Assembly: GCA_965207065.1 (NCBI GenBank)
Contig: OZ242260.1
Coordinates: 2,016,001 to 2,080,000, forward strand
Length of the DNA stretch: 64,000 nt
Source: a bacterium
GTDB taxonomy: Bacteria; UBA8248
Reading direction: 5' to 3'
Shown one piece after another: positions 18,356 to 27,668 of the stretch. Under the pieces are notes generated by a model. The model ran no database searches, was not told the DNA's origin, and worked only from the letters and a program-made list of their open reading frames with translations. A program made the translations under genes and the position numbers. Within the stretch, counting starts at the first letter, position 1. Each line of letters begins with the position of its first letter.

Positions 18356-19144
18356 TCATGCGCCCTTGTTCACCGGCGGGGTGACGCCGATTTCACCGCG
18401 CATCAAACGGCGGAAGGCGATGCGCCGCCGAATGTCGCGCGAGACGGCGCTCACGACGCGCCGCCACGTCACGTACAGTACGCCGTCGTCGCGCATGTGT
18501 TCTTTGCGCGCGAGTCTGCGGGCGCGCTCGATCTGGGAATCGTCCTGCTCATCGTGAGAGACGACGGGCGGGTCGATGTAAAACACGTTCAGCCCGTTCT
18601 CCCAGAAACGGGATAACGCCTGGTCGATTTCGCGCATCATCATGGGCGTGTTCTCGAGAAAATGGCGGGCCGCCTCGCGGGTGATGACGTAGCCTTCGCT
18701 GCCGTAGTCGGAGTAGCGCACCCGCCCGACCCGGTGTCCCGTATCGAGGCGCTCGCAGGGGATGAAGGTTCTGGGCGAGCGCCGGTTCAGCTTCACGACG
18801 TCGAAAGCGAAGGGCCTGCGCTCCAAGGCGTCGAGCACCTCGGGCAGGTCCGCCGACAGCCCGGCGTCGTCCTCGAAGATCGCCGCCGTTTCCGGACCGT
18901 TCTCCACGATCTCCCGCATCACCTGACGCTGGCTTATCCAGTTGGCGATGGAACCGTCCGCCTGAGGCCAGAGGCCCAGCCGCCGCCTGGTTTCCCTATC
19001 GACCTGTGCGTAATGCTCGGGGGTGAGTTCTTTAGCATCGAGGGCAGGATGAAACGTCGCTTCCAACCCCAGCGACTCGAACTGCTCCTCCATCCGGCGG
19101 CGGCGCTCCACGGCCCTGGCGATATTGATGACGAACGCTTTCAT
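18356..19144 (-). CDS. Glycosyltransferase family 25
   Basis: FVINI.RAVERR, IFEDDA, GYVITREAAR, ID..L. Confidence 0.85.
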   Translation of the reverse strand: MKAFVINIARAVERRRRMEEQFESLGLEATFHPALDAKELTPEHYAQVDRETRRRLGLWPQADGSIANWISQRQVMREIVENGPETAAIFEDDAGLSADLPEVLDALERRPFAFDVVKLNRRSPRTFIPCERLDTGHRVGRVRYSDYGSEGYVITREAARHFLENTPMMMREIDQALSRFWENGLNVFYIDPPVVSHDEQDDSQIERARRLARKEHMRDDGVLYVTWRRVVSAVSRDIRRRIAFRRLMRGEIGVTPPVNKGA

Positions 19145-19218
19145 GGTCGGGTCCCCTCGTGGTGGCGAATTTTTTCAATTCTCCGCCGGACGATTCAGAC
19201 GCATATCCCCTCGCATGT

Positions 19219-20415
19219 TCAAAGCACTCGGCGAGCGCGGCGCTCGCGCACCAGGTCGAGAATCAGTCGCTTATACTGATCGACCGAGGCGTCGAAGGAG
19301 AACTCTTGCGCCCTGGCGAGCAACGCCTCCTTCTCCGGCGGGGAATCGAGAACACGCTCCATGGCCGCCGCAAGCGCAGAATCATCCCCCACGGGAACGA
19401 GCGGGCCGAAGCGCCCGTTATTTAAAATCTCCGCCGGACCTGAAGGGCAGTCCGTGCTGACGCAGGGACAGCCGCACGCCATCGCCTCGATCAGGACATT
19501 GCCCAATCCTTCATTCCTGGACGAGAGAACGAACAACGTGGCGCGGCTCATGAAGGCGTAGGGGTTCGAGACCCAGCCGGGCAGGGAAACATTCTCTTGA
19601 AGCCCCAATTTGCGGATCAACTTCTCCAGCCGCTGTCTCCAGCTACCTTCCCCCAGAATGATCAGGCGGACATCGCGATTCCGGGAAACCTGCCGAAACG
19701 CCCGCAACAAGGTCGGGTAATCCTTGACCCGCGCCAGCCGTCCGGCAGCCAGTATAACCGGGGGGCCATCGTCGGACATCCAGGGGTGTTCGGGAACGTC
19801 GCGAGCCAGCTTGGTGATTTCCTCAGTGTCAGCCGGATTGTAGATTCGGGAAATTTTTACGCGGGGGAATTCGAGATTAGTAGATAGATTGTCGGCGACG
19901 CCATCGGACACGGTGACGAGCCGATCAGCCATAGGAAACAAGATCGAGTAGAGGCTGCGAAACCTCCGCTTTCTGTTAATGAGTACGCTATGGATAGTTG
20001 GGATTACTACCGGTCCCAGCCTAGAGAAACAAATAGCGAGCAATGCCGCTGATTTCGCTCTTGGAAGCGAGGGAAGGACGCAGTCCGGCTGCTCTGCGTC
20101 GATATAGGCGGCCATAGAGCGGGCGTCCTGCAACAATCTTCTCCGTAAAAACTTGAGAATCCTATAACCAAAGCGCCGTACTAGATGGATGCGGTCGTGA
20201 ATGTCATGTATCGGTCCTGGTTTCAGTTCAATCAGGCGAGCCTCGGAGGGCATTTCATCCGCAAGCGTGTCTATTTTTTCGAAAACGAGAATATCTACAC
20301 GATACCCTCGCTCAATCAGTCCACGCGCCAGTTTCAGCACTGAGCGTTCCGCACCGCCGCCGCCCAAATGAGGAATGGCGAGGGCGATTCGCAGGGGTTT
20401 ATCAGGATCGTTCAT
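19219..20415 (-). CDS. Glycosyltransferase family 4
   Basis: LGGGGAER, AGRL..KD, FVLSSRNEGLGNVLIEAMACG, TDCPSGPAE. Confidence 0.92.
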   Translation of the reverse strand: MNDPDKPLRIALAIPHLGGGGAERSVLKLARGLIERGYRVDILVFEKIDTLADEMPSEARLIELKPGPIHDIHDRIHLVRRFGYRILKFLRRRLLQDARSMAAYIDAEQPDCVLPSLPRAKSAALLAICFSRLGPVVIPTIHSVLINRKRRFRSLYSILFPMADRLVTVSDGVADNLSTNLEFPRVKISRIYNPADTEEITKLARDVPEHPWMSDDGPPVILAAGRLARVKDYPTLLRAFRQVSRNRDVRLIILGEGSWRQRLEKLIRKLGLQENVSLPGWVSNPYAFMSRATLFVLSSRNEGLGNVLIEAMACGCPCVSTDCPSGPAEILNNGRFGPLVPVGDDSALAAAMERVLDSPPEKEALLARAQEFSFDASVDQYKRLILDLVRERRARRVL

Positions 20416-20513
20416 TTCTGGTTTTCCGATCACCAATTGCCGAGAAGCAATGCTCTTTCGAACTGCCGATAGACGTCACCCCAGAGTCTTGATTCACACC
20501 GTCTTGTTTCTGC

Positions 20514-21311
20514 TCACCCTGAAACGCCGCCGTTCCTGGCGCTCCTGACCTTGCGAGAGAAATATACGCGCTTGAGCGCCTCTTCTCTAAGATTACTGAG
20601 CGCGCGGCGCCCCAGTTTCAAAAAATTCCGTCTCGGCCGGGAAACCGCCGCCTCCTGAAGGAAAGAGTGGCCGCCTGTCTCGTTTCCATCGAATACGACG
20701 GGCGTTTCCAGGGAAAAAACTTCCATTCCGTTTTCCCAGTATGCGTGCAACGTATGATCGATCTGATGTACGATTCTCGGACAATTTTTCAGAAAGCGGC
20801 TTGCTCCTTTTTTCGAGACCACGTAACTCTGCGTCCCCCAGTCTGAAAATTTGGTGATGCCCAACCGAGTGTCCGCATCGACTCTCTTGAGCGGCGCAAA
20901 GGGTTTGTCCGTCCTGTTTCGATGCAGAAAAACGAAGTCGAATCCCCAGCCCGAGGCGTAGAGCCGCGCAAGGGCTTCGAGAGCGCCCCCGATTTCAGGC
21001 GCGAGAGTTACGTCGTCCTCGAAGACGGCGACGAGTTCATCCTCTCCCGCCGCGACGACACCGAGCGCCTTTCTGTGGCTCAGGTGGCAGGCGATCATGC
21101 CGTCCGAAAGCGGGCGACGACCCTCCCGGTCGCGGGATTTCCTGTCCACGAGGGCCCAATCTTCCTCATTCAGTTCGCGCCAGTCCGTGGCGTCGAATAT
21201 CTCGAATTCCATGCCCAAAGCCTCGAACTGCTTGCGCATCGCCTCGCGCCGGGTCTCTGCACGCAACAGGTTGATGACAATGCACTTCATCGTATGAGGC
21301 GCAATATCCAC
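20514..21311 (-). CDS. Glycosyltransferase family 25
   Basis: VINL.RA..RR, AC.LSH, VFEDDV, SYVVSKKGA. Confidence 0.85.
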   Translation of the reverse strand: MDIAPHTMKCIVINLLRAETRREAMRKQFEALGMEFEIFDATDWRELNEEDWALVDRKSRDREGRRPLSDGMIACHLSHRKALGVVAAGEDELVAVFEDDVTLAPEIGGALEALARLYASGWGFDFVFLHRNRTDKPFAPLKRVDADTRLGITKFSDWGTQSYVVSKKGASRFLKNCPRIVHQIDHTLHAYWENGMEVFSLETPVVFDGNETGGHSFLQEAAVSRPRRNFLKLGRRALSNLREEALKRVYFSRKVRSARNGGVSG

Positions 21312-21651
21312 CGTTTCATCCCTTTACTCCGATTTGTTCGACGGTTCCGTGAGGTATTTCGTGGAATTTTTTCATCGCTTCCCCTCGGCCGGCTCCATTC
21401 CATCTCCGTGGGCGATGGTAGCATTTCTTCGCTTGCGTGGTAACGAGGGGGTGCGGGAATCGGCGGGCTGGAGCATCTGATGCACCGGTGGACAGGGCCC
21501 GCATCTCCCCGCAAGCTCTTCGCCACCCGCATCCGCCGCGACCGCCCCGGCCGCATCCCGAAAATCCGGGATGGATTCTCATGCCGAAATGAGTGATAAT
21601 AGGGCCTTCCAAAATCAGGGACATTATCTTTTCCAACCTGGAGGAAAGCAG

Positions 21652-22626
21652 ATGAAAACGTGCCGTACCTTGAGCTTCATTCTGATAGCTGTATTCGCTG
21701 CCGCATTGCCGCTGCAATCCGCTTCGGCCGCCTATCCCGAAAAGCCGATTCAGTTCATCATTCCCTTCGGCGCGGGTGGCGGAGCGGACATCGAGGGGCG
21801 CCTGCTCGCCAAGGGCATGGCGAAAGAACTCGGCGTTCCCGTGGTGGCCATCAACAAGCCGGGCGCCGGCGGCGCCGTGACCTACACCTTCGTCAAGAAC
21901 TCCAAGCCGGACGGCTATATCGTGGCCTGGAACTCCACCTCCGTCCTCACCTCCACGAACATCGGCAACGTGCCGTGGGGCTATCAGGAACTCGACCATA
22001 TCGGGCGGGTGCACTTCCAGCCCCTGGTGGTGGCGGTGAACGCCAAGTCGAAATGGAAGACGGCCAAGGATTTCGTGGCGGACTGCAAGAAAAAGCCGAA
22101 CACGCTCAAAATCGGCCACGCGGGCACCGGCAGCACCACGCATCTCACGGCGGTTATTTTCTCGAGCATGACGGGCTGTAAGGCCATACTCGTCCCCCTG
22201 GGCGTCAAGCGGCGCAACGCGGCGCTTCTGAGCGGCGAGGTCGACGCCATGGGTGCGCCTCTCACGGGGGCGATTCGCCTGGCGAAAGCGAACAAGTTCC
22301 GCATCATCACCCACATCACGGGCAAGCGGAACCCGGCCATCCCGGACGTGCCGACCATGAAGGAAATGGGCCACGACATCGACTTCGACCATTTCCGCGG
22401 CCTCAGCGTGCCGAAGGGAACGCCTGCCGCGGTGAAGGCGAAACTCGTCGACGCCATGAAAAAGGCAGCCAACTCGGCGGCTTTCAAGAAACTGGCCAAG
22501 ACGAAGGGCTTCACGATCGACCCGAGCGGGCCGGAAGAGTTCGGCAAAATGCTCGCCAAGCGTGACAAGATTGTCGCCGACATCATGAAAGCCACTGGAG
22601 TATACAAGTCCAAGACGAAGAAATAA
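21652..22626 (+). CDS. tctC: Tripartite tricarboxylate transporter substrate-binding protein (Bug/TctC)
   Basis: Signal peptide, YPEKPI..IIPFGAGGGAD, NKPGAGG, PDGY, PDVPT; GGAGG before ATG 21652. Confidence 0.9.
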   Translation: MKTCRTLSFILIAVFAAALPLQSASAAYPEKPIQFIIPFGAGGGADIEGRLLAKGMAKELGVPVVAINKPGAGGAVTYTFVKNSKPDGYIVAWNSTSVLTSTNIGNVPWGYQELDHIGRVHFQPLVVAVNAKSKWKTAKDFVADCKKKPNTLKIGHAGTGSTTHLTAVIFSSMTGCKAILVPLGVKRRNAALLSGEVDAMGAPLTGAIRLAKANKFRIITHITGKRNPAIPDVPTMKEMGHDIDFDHFRGLSVPKGTPAAVKAKLVDAMKKAANSAAFKKLAKTKGFTIDPSGPEEFGKMLAKRDKIVADIMKATGVYKSKTKK

Positions 22627-22651
22627 TCGCGCCAATCGCGTGACACACGGG

Positions 22652-22690
22652 GGCCGCCTCTTCCAAGGAGGGGGCGGCCTTCGTTTTCTT
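22652..22690 (+). terminator. Hairpin / partial terminator between tctC and tctB
   Basis: GGCCGCCTCTTCC / GGAGGGGGCGGCC stem followed by a T-rich tract. Confidence 0.6.
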
Positions 22691-22721
22691 ACCGTTTTCA
22701 TCTCCTTCGGACGGATTCGGA

Positions 22722-23204
22722 ATGGGACCCAGAAACATAGTCGGCGGGGTGGTCATATTCGGATTAACGCTCTACTACGGCGGCCTCGCCACCCTGCTTC
22801 CCAAGCGCACCACGACCGACGCGCCGGGACCCCATTTTTTCCCCTATTTGATCACTATTTCGATACTCGCCCTCTCCGCGATGCTCATCTTCCAGGGGGT
22901 GAGGGGGCTTAAGGGCTCAAACGGCCTCGCCGACCTGAGGCCCGAAAGACCTTCTTCGAACGAGAATTTCAGCATCGCCCGCGCAGCGGCCGGCCTGCTG
23001 CTAACGGGACTTTATTTTTTCGCGCTTTCCTTATTCGGGTTCTTCTGGTCCACGCCCGTCTTCTTCGGCGCTCTCATGTGGGTGACGGGCGAGCGCCGCC
23101 CGCTGGTTCTCCTGGGACTTGCGATTGCCGTTCCCATGTTCTTGTTCTTCCTGTTCCGCGACCTGTTTCAGCTTCCCCTGCCAAGGGGAAGTTATTTCGG
23201 ATGA
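22722..23204 (+). CDS. tctB: Tripartite tricarboxylate transporter small membrane subunit
   Basis: PGPHFFP, about 4 TMs, C-terminal F..LPLPRG; position between tctC and tctA. Confidence 0.85.
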   Translation: MGPRNIVGGVVIFGLTLYYGGLATLLPKRTTTDAPGPHFFPYLITISILALSAMLIFQGVRGLKGSNGLADLRPERPSSNENFSIARAAAGLLLTGLYFFALSLFGFFWSTPVFFGALMWVTGERRPLVLLGLAIAVPMFLFFLFRDLFQLPLPRGSYFG

Positions 23205-23210
23205 CGCCAT

Positions 23211-24719
23211 ATGAATGGTGACTTGCTACAGGGGTTCTACCTCGCCCTTGCGCCGACGAGCATTCTGGCCACCGCTCTGGGCGCTCTGCACGGCCTCATA
23301 TGCGGGATGATGCCGGGGCTTACGACGAGCGCGGGCATCATCATCCTGTTTCCGGTCACTTTCATCCTGGAGCCGACGACCGCCGTGGCGCTCCTGCTGG
23401 GCGTCTTCGCGGGCGGTATGACGGGGGGGAGCTTCGCCGCCATTCTCATCAACATCCCCGGCTCGCCGTCGGCCTCGGCCACCACGATGGACGGATTCCC
23501 TCTTACCCAGAAGGGAGAAGCCGGGCGGGCGCTGGGCGTTTCCATCGTATCGAGCTTCACCGGCGGTCTTTTCAGTTTCTTCTGCCTGCTGCTCATCGCT
23601 CCACAACTCACGAAAGTGGCTCTTCAGTTCCGCGCGGCCGACCTGTTCGGGCTGGTCTTCTTCGGTATGTCCGTCATATCCGCCTTCGCGGCGAAATCGC
23701 TCGTGAAGGGTCTTTTGTCCACTTTTCTGGGCCTCATGATCGTGACGGTGGGGATGGACCCCCTCGTGGGGACGGCGCGCTTCACCTTCGGGGACGCGAA
23801 CATGCTCGCGGGTATCCACTTCATCGCTGCTCTCGTGGGCCTGTTCGCGATTCCGGAGATAGTGGCGAACCTGGCGGAGGGGAACATACGTTCGGTCGCC
23901 TCGAAATTCGGCCGCGTGTTTCCGAGTTGGGAGGACATCAAGAAAATCCGGCTTCCGGTTGCCATCGGCTCCATCGTGGGCACATTCGTCGGCATCCTGC
24001 CGGGAGCGGGCGGTCCGATAGCCGTTTTCGTGAGCTACGACTACGCCCAGAAAATCAGCAAGGAGCCGGAGCAATTTGGAAAGGGCTGTGTGGAGGGAGT
24101 GGCCGCGCCCGAATCGGCGAACAGTTCCATCGCGGGCGGGGCGCTCATTCCCATGATGACGCTGGGGATTCCGGGCGACCCGATAACCGCTATCCTCATC
24201 GGCGCCTTGCTGGTGCACGGCATGGCGCCGGGGCCGCTTCTTTTCGTGGAGCAGGGGCCTTTTGCGTTTTCCGTGCTCTTCTCGTATTTCATCGCGATTT
24301 GCAGTACGGCGACGGTCGCGTTCCTGGGCTTGAGGCTTATCGTGAAACTGCTGACCATACCCCGCTCGCTCCTTTTGCCGATTATCGTTGCCCTGTGCGT
24401 GTTGGGGACGTATGCGCTGAGGAATTCTTTCTTCGACATCTACGTCATGTTCTTCTTCGGTCTCGTAGCGCTATCGTTCAAGTGGCTCGATATCCCGGTT
24501 GTTCCCATGCTGCTTGCGCTCGTGCTGGGGCGGCAACTCGAGGAGCACATGCGGGTCGCCCTCGCCGCATCCAAAGGCGATGTTTCGATTTTCTTCACTT
24601 CTCCGTGGTGTCTGGTTTTCCTCTGCCTTTCAGTGGTCTCTTTTACCTGGCCGTTCTTTCTCGAGTGGAGAGTCAAGAAAAAAGCGCTCAAGAAGGCGTC
24701 CGAGCCTTCCTCGGCATAG
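23211..24719 (+). CDS. tctA: Tripartite tricarboxylate transporter large membrane subunit
   Basis: GMMPGL, ILINIPG.P, TMDGFP, GILPGAG, APESAN, TLGIPGD. Confidence 0.92.
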   Translation: MNGDLLQGFYLALAPTSILATALGALHGLICGMMPGLTTSAGIIILFPVTFILEPTTAVALLLGVFAGGMTGGSFAAILINIPGSPSASATTMDGFPLTQKGEAGRALGVSIVSSFTGGLFSFFCLLLIAPQLTKVALQFRAADLFGLVFFGMSVISAFAAKSLVKGLLSTFLGLMIVTVGMDPLVGTARFTFGDANMLAGIHFIAALVGLFAIPEIVANLAEGNIRSVASKFGRVFPSWEDIKKIRLPVAIGSIVGTFVGILPGAGGPIAVFVSYDYAQKISKEPEQFGKGCVEGVAAPESANSSIAGGALIPMMTLGIPGDPITAILIGALLVHGMAPGPLLFVEQGPFAFSVLFSYFIAICSTATVAFLGLRLIVKLLTIPRSLLLPIIVALCVLGTYALRNSFFDIYVMFFFGLVALSFKWLDIPVVPMLLALVLGRQLEEHMRVALAASKGDVSIFFTSPWCLVFLCLSVVSFTWPFFLEWRVKKKALKKASEPSSA

Positions 24720-24854
24720 AAGCGCGTCGCCCGCCGGGAGATGGAGAGAACGAACGGACACGGGAAATCCTTTGTGATGGAAGAAGAGGCCGTGCAAATG
24801 AAAATTACGCAAACGCCAATGTCCGGTTCTTGAGAGAAGGGAGAGCAACGAGCC

Positions 24855-25991
24855 ATGAAGCGGAGCACCCAAAGAATACTCACGACCCACACGGGAAGCC
24901 TGCCACGCCCTCAGGAAGTGGTCGATCTGTTGCTGGCCCAGGAGGAAGGCGGCGCGGATTCCGACGCGTTCGAGGCCGCCGTGGCGCGCGCCATTAATGA
25001 CGTCGTGGAAAAACAGGCGGCGGCGGGAATCGACGTCATCAACGACGGCGAGCAAGGCCGGCCCGATTACACCTCCCACGTCAAGCACAGGCTGACGGGC
25101 TACGAGGGGCCGAGTTCGCCCCCGCTCGGCACGGGAGAGGAAGGTTTCCCCGAACTCTCCGATATTCTCTCCCAATTCGCCTCCCCCCTCCAGAACCGTC
25201 CGGCCTGCTCAGGCCCGGTGGGCTGGAAGGACTGGCCCGCCGCCCAGGCGGACATCGAGCGCGCGAAGAGCGCCTTGGGCCGCACCGATACGGAAGAAGC
25301 GTTCATGACTTCTCCCTCGCCGGGCCAGATTTCGCGCTACCTCAGGAACCTCTACTACCCGAGTGAAGAGGAATACATATTCGCGCTCGCAGAGGTGATG
25401 CGACGCGAATACGAGGCGATTGTGGATGCGGGCCTGCTCCTGCAACTCGACTGCCCCGACTTGGCGCTGAGCCGCCACACCGTGTTTCGCGATTTGAGCC
25501 TCGCGGATTTTCGCAAGGAAATCGAGATGCACGTCGAAGCCCTGAACCATTCGGTACGGAATATCGCGCCCGAGCGCATGCGCATGCACATCTGCTGGGG
25601 CAGCACGCTGGGGCCGCACCATGAGGACGTTCCGATCAAGGACATCATTGACATCGTGCTCAAGGGAAAGCCCTGCGCCGTCTCGTTTCCCGGCGCGAAC
25701 CCCCGCCACGGCCATGAGTGGAAGGTATGGCGCGAAGTCGATTTGCCGGAGGGCAAGAGCATCATCCCCGGCGTGATCGATTCGACCTCGAACTTCGTGG
25801 AGCACCCCGAACTGGTGGCGGAGCGCATCGTGAACTACGCCGAGGCGGTGGGCCGCGAAAACGTGATAGCCGGCGTCGATTGCGGCTTCGGCACCTTCGC
25901 CGGCCGCGTCCAGGTGGACCGCCGCATCGTGTGGATGAAGATGGCCTCTCTCACAGAGGGCGCGGCCCTTGCGTCTGAAACGCTCTGGTAG
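24855..25991 (+). CDS. Cobalamin-independent methionine synthase II family (single-barrel MetE-like / EaCoMT-like)
   Basis: ILTTHTGSLPRP, NDGE, LQLDCPDL, HICWG, ANPRH, EHPELVA, DCGFGTF. Confidence 0.85.
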   Translation: MKRSTQRILTTHTGSLPRPQEVVDLLLAQEEGGADSDAFEAAVARAINDVVEKQAAAGIDVINDGEQGRPDYTSHVKHRLTGYEGPSSPPLGTGEEGFPELSDILSQFASPLQNRPACSGPVGWKDWPAAQADIERAKSALGRTDTEEAFMTSPSPGQISRYLRNLYYPSEEEYIFALAEVMRREYEAIVDAGLLLQLDCPDLALSRHTVFRDLSLADFRKEIEMHVEALNHSVRNIAPERMRMHICWGSTLGPHHEDVPIKDIIDIVLKGKPCAVSFPGANPRHGHEWKVWREVDLPEGKSIIPGVIDSTSNFVEHPELVAERIVNYAEAVGRENVIAGVDCGFGTFAGRVQVDRRIVWMKMASLTEGAALASETLW

Positions 25992-26011
25992 GCGCTTCCA
26001 GAAGCTATCCT

Positions 26012-27396
26012 CTATTCGGCCACTGTGTGGCGGATGAGTGTTTCCGCCTTCTGTTGCGCTTCCAGCGTGCGGCAGGTTTCGATGATTTCCTGATAGCGAT
26101 TCTCCGGTATGGGAAGACCGGGGGCGATACCCCCGGTGCGGTTCGCGAGTTCATCGAAGCTGAAGATGAACTCCCGACCGGTGGCCTGTCTGGTGAAGAC
26201 GCCTCTTTCTTTGGTGTAGATGCTCACCCTAGGGGCGAAAAGACCCATCTCGCGGGAGGGGATGATTCTCACGCGCTTCATCATCTCGAGCACCTCGGGT
26301 GGATCGTCCTGGCCTGGGGGCTTGTTCAGAAGCGGATAGCCGCGCTCCACGACGCCGAAGGCCGCGTAGTAATGCGTTCCGCCCGGGCGCGGTTCGCCGT
26401 CTTCTCTGCGGTTCGCGAAGGCGGGGCTCGGGTATTGGGTCTCCAGCCAGTTCACTTCCGTCTCCACGCGCACGACTTCTTCGGGGCGAATGTCGTTCTC
26501 TTCGCAGAGGCTCGCCGTCACGTCGATGTGGGCGAGGTTGTAGCCCGAGGCGGAATAGATACGGAACAGCGTTTCGAGAAAAAGCCACTCCTCCCCGAGA
26601 CCCTCGGTAATCTTATCCAGGCTCGTTTTCGTATCGCCCGTGAAGCTGTAGGTCAGGCGTCCTTCGTTGTTGCCTGTGTAGGCGTGATAGAAGCCGGCTT
26701 CTCCCTCCAGCACCGTCTCCCCGCCGATGTGACCCCGCTCGGCGAGGTCCGCCGCCAGGAGAGCGTTTCGCACGGCGCCTCCCTCCCTCAGCGCCTGCCC
26801 CCGCTGCGCGGGCCTTCCAGATTTCCGCTCGCGAGACTCGCGCAGAGCGCAATCGCGCTGTTCATTTGCTCCTCGTCCAATCCCATGATTTTCCCGGCGG
26901 CGACGGCGGCCCCGAAAATCCCGAAGACGGGCCCCGCGTGAAAACCGCGCGACATCACCGTGGGGATGAAGTCCGACGCCAGACGCTCCATGACCTCATA
27001 GCCTGCGGCGACGCCCGTCAGGAATTCCTCGCCCGAGGCTCCCCGCGCTTCCGCAGCGGCGAGGGCGGCGGGAATGATGCTGGTGCCCGGGTGGGTGAGC
27101 ATGCGGAAGGTATCCCACTTGCCGCCCGCCAGGGCCATCTCGGAGTTGGCGAATGCTGCGCCCCCTTTCGTCGCCATGGCCCCTTTCACCATGATGGTCG
27201 CGCCGTTACGGACACCCGCTTCTTCTTCTGTGATGAAGGCGACGGCCCTCCGCCCGTCTTCAGTTCGAGACCCCAGAAGTGCGGAGCCGATGGCTTGTAA
27301 TGTGACGCCCCTGGCGCGATCGACGACTTGCGCCGGCAGATCCTCGAAGCGAAGCCCCGCCGCCCACCTTGCGAGTCGGCGGCTTATGGACGGCAT
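26012..27396 (-). pseudogene. MmgE/PrpD family gene split by a single-base frameshift near 26795
   Basis: 5' part (L.FEDLP..VV, HPG..IIPAAL, GYEV, RGFH) stops at 26788; the 3' part continues in another frame (LREGGAVRNA..LEGEAGFY). Confidence 0.75.
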
Positions 27397-27501
27397 CTTG
27401 CCGGCCTCCTCGAAGGTGTGGGATGTGTCCTGAAATGTAGGAGTTGCCCGGCATCCGGGGGGTGGATAGCGGAAATTTTGGTCATGAAGTAGCCAATCCT
27501 C

Positions 27502-27577
27502 GAAACATGGGCGAAACAAAACAGAAACGACAATTTAACCGAACCGCAAGATTCCCGTAAAGAAACCTCTTTATATT
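27502..27577 (+). promoter_or_regulatory. 11-bp-phased pentamer array plus -10 element upstream of urtA
   Basis: GAAAC 27502, 27513, 27524; TTAAC 27535; GCAAG 27546; GTAAA 27557; TATATT 27572. Confidence 0.75.
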
Positions 27578-27668
27578 TCTATCCTGTCATCGAAGATATT
27601 CAGTGTTCAATTTTTCTGGCTGCGCGAGGCGGCCGCTTCAACACAGAAAAGAAGGGGAGATTGAGAGA

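Noticed and set aside
23300-24997. Long alternative-frame and antisense ORFs (also 993..2336, 12481..13878, 27687..29051, 34173..35606, 53841..55031)
   Set aside because: They overlap well-supported genes and are the expected by-product of high-GC codon bias.
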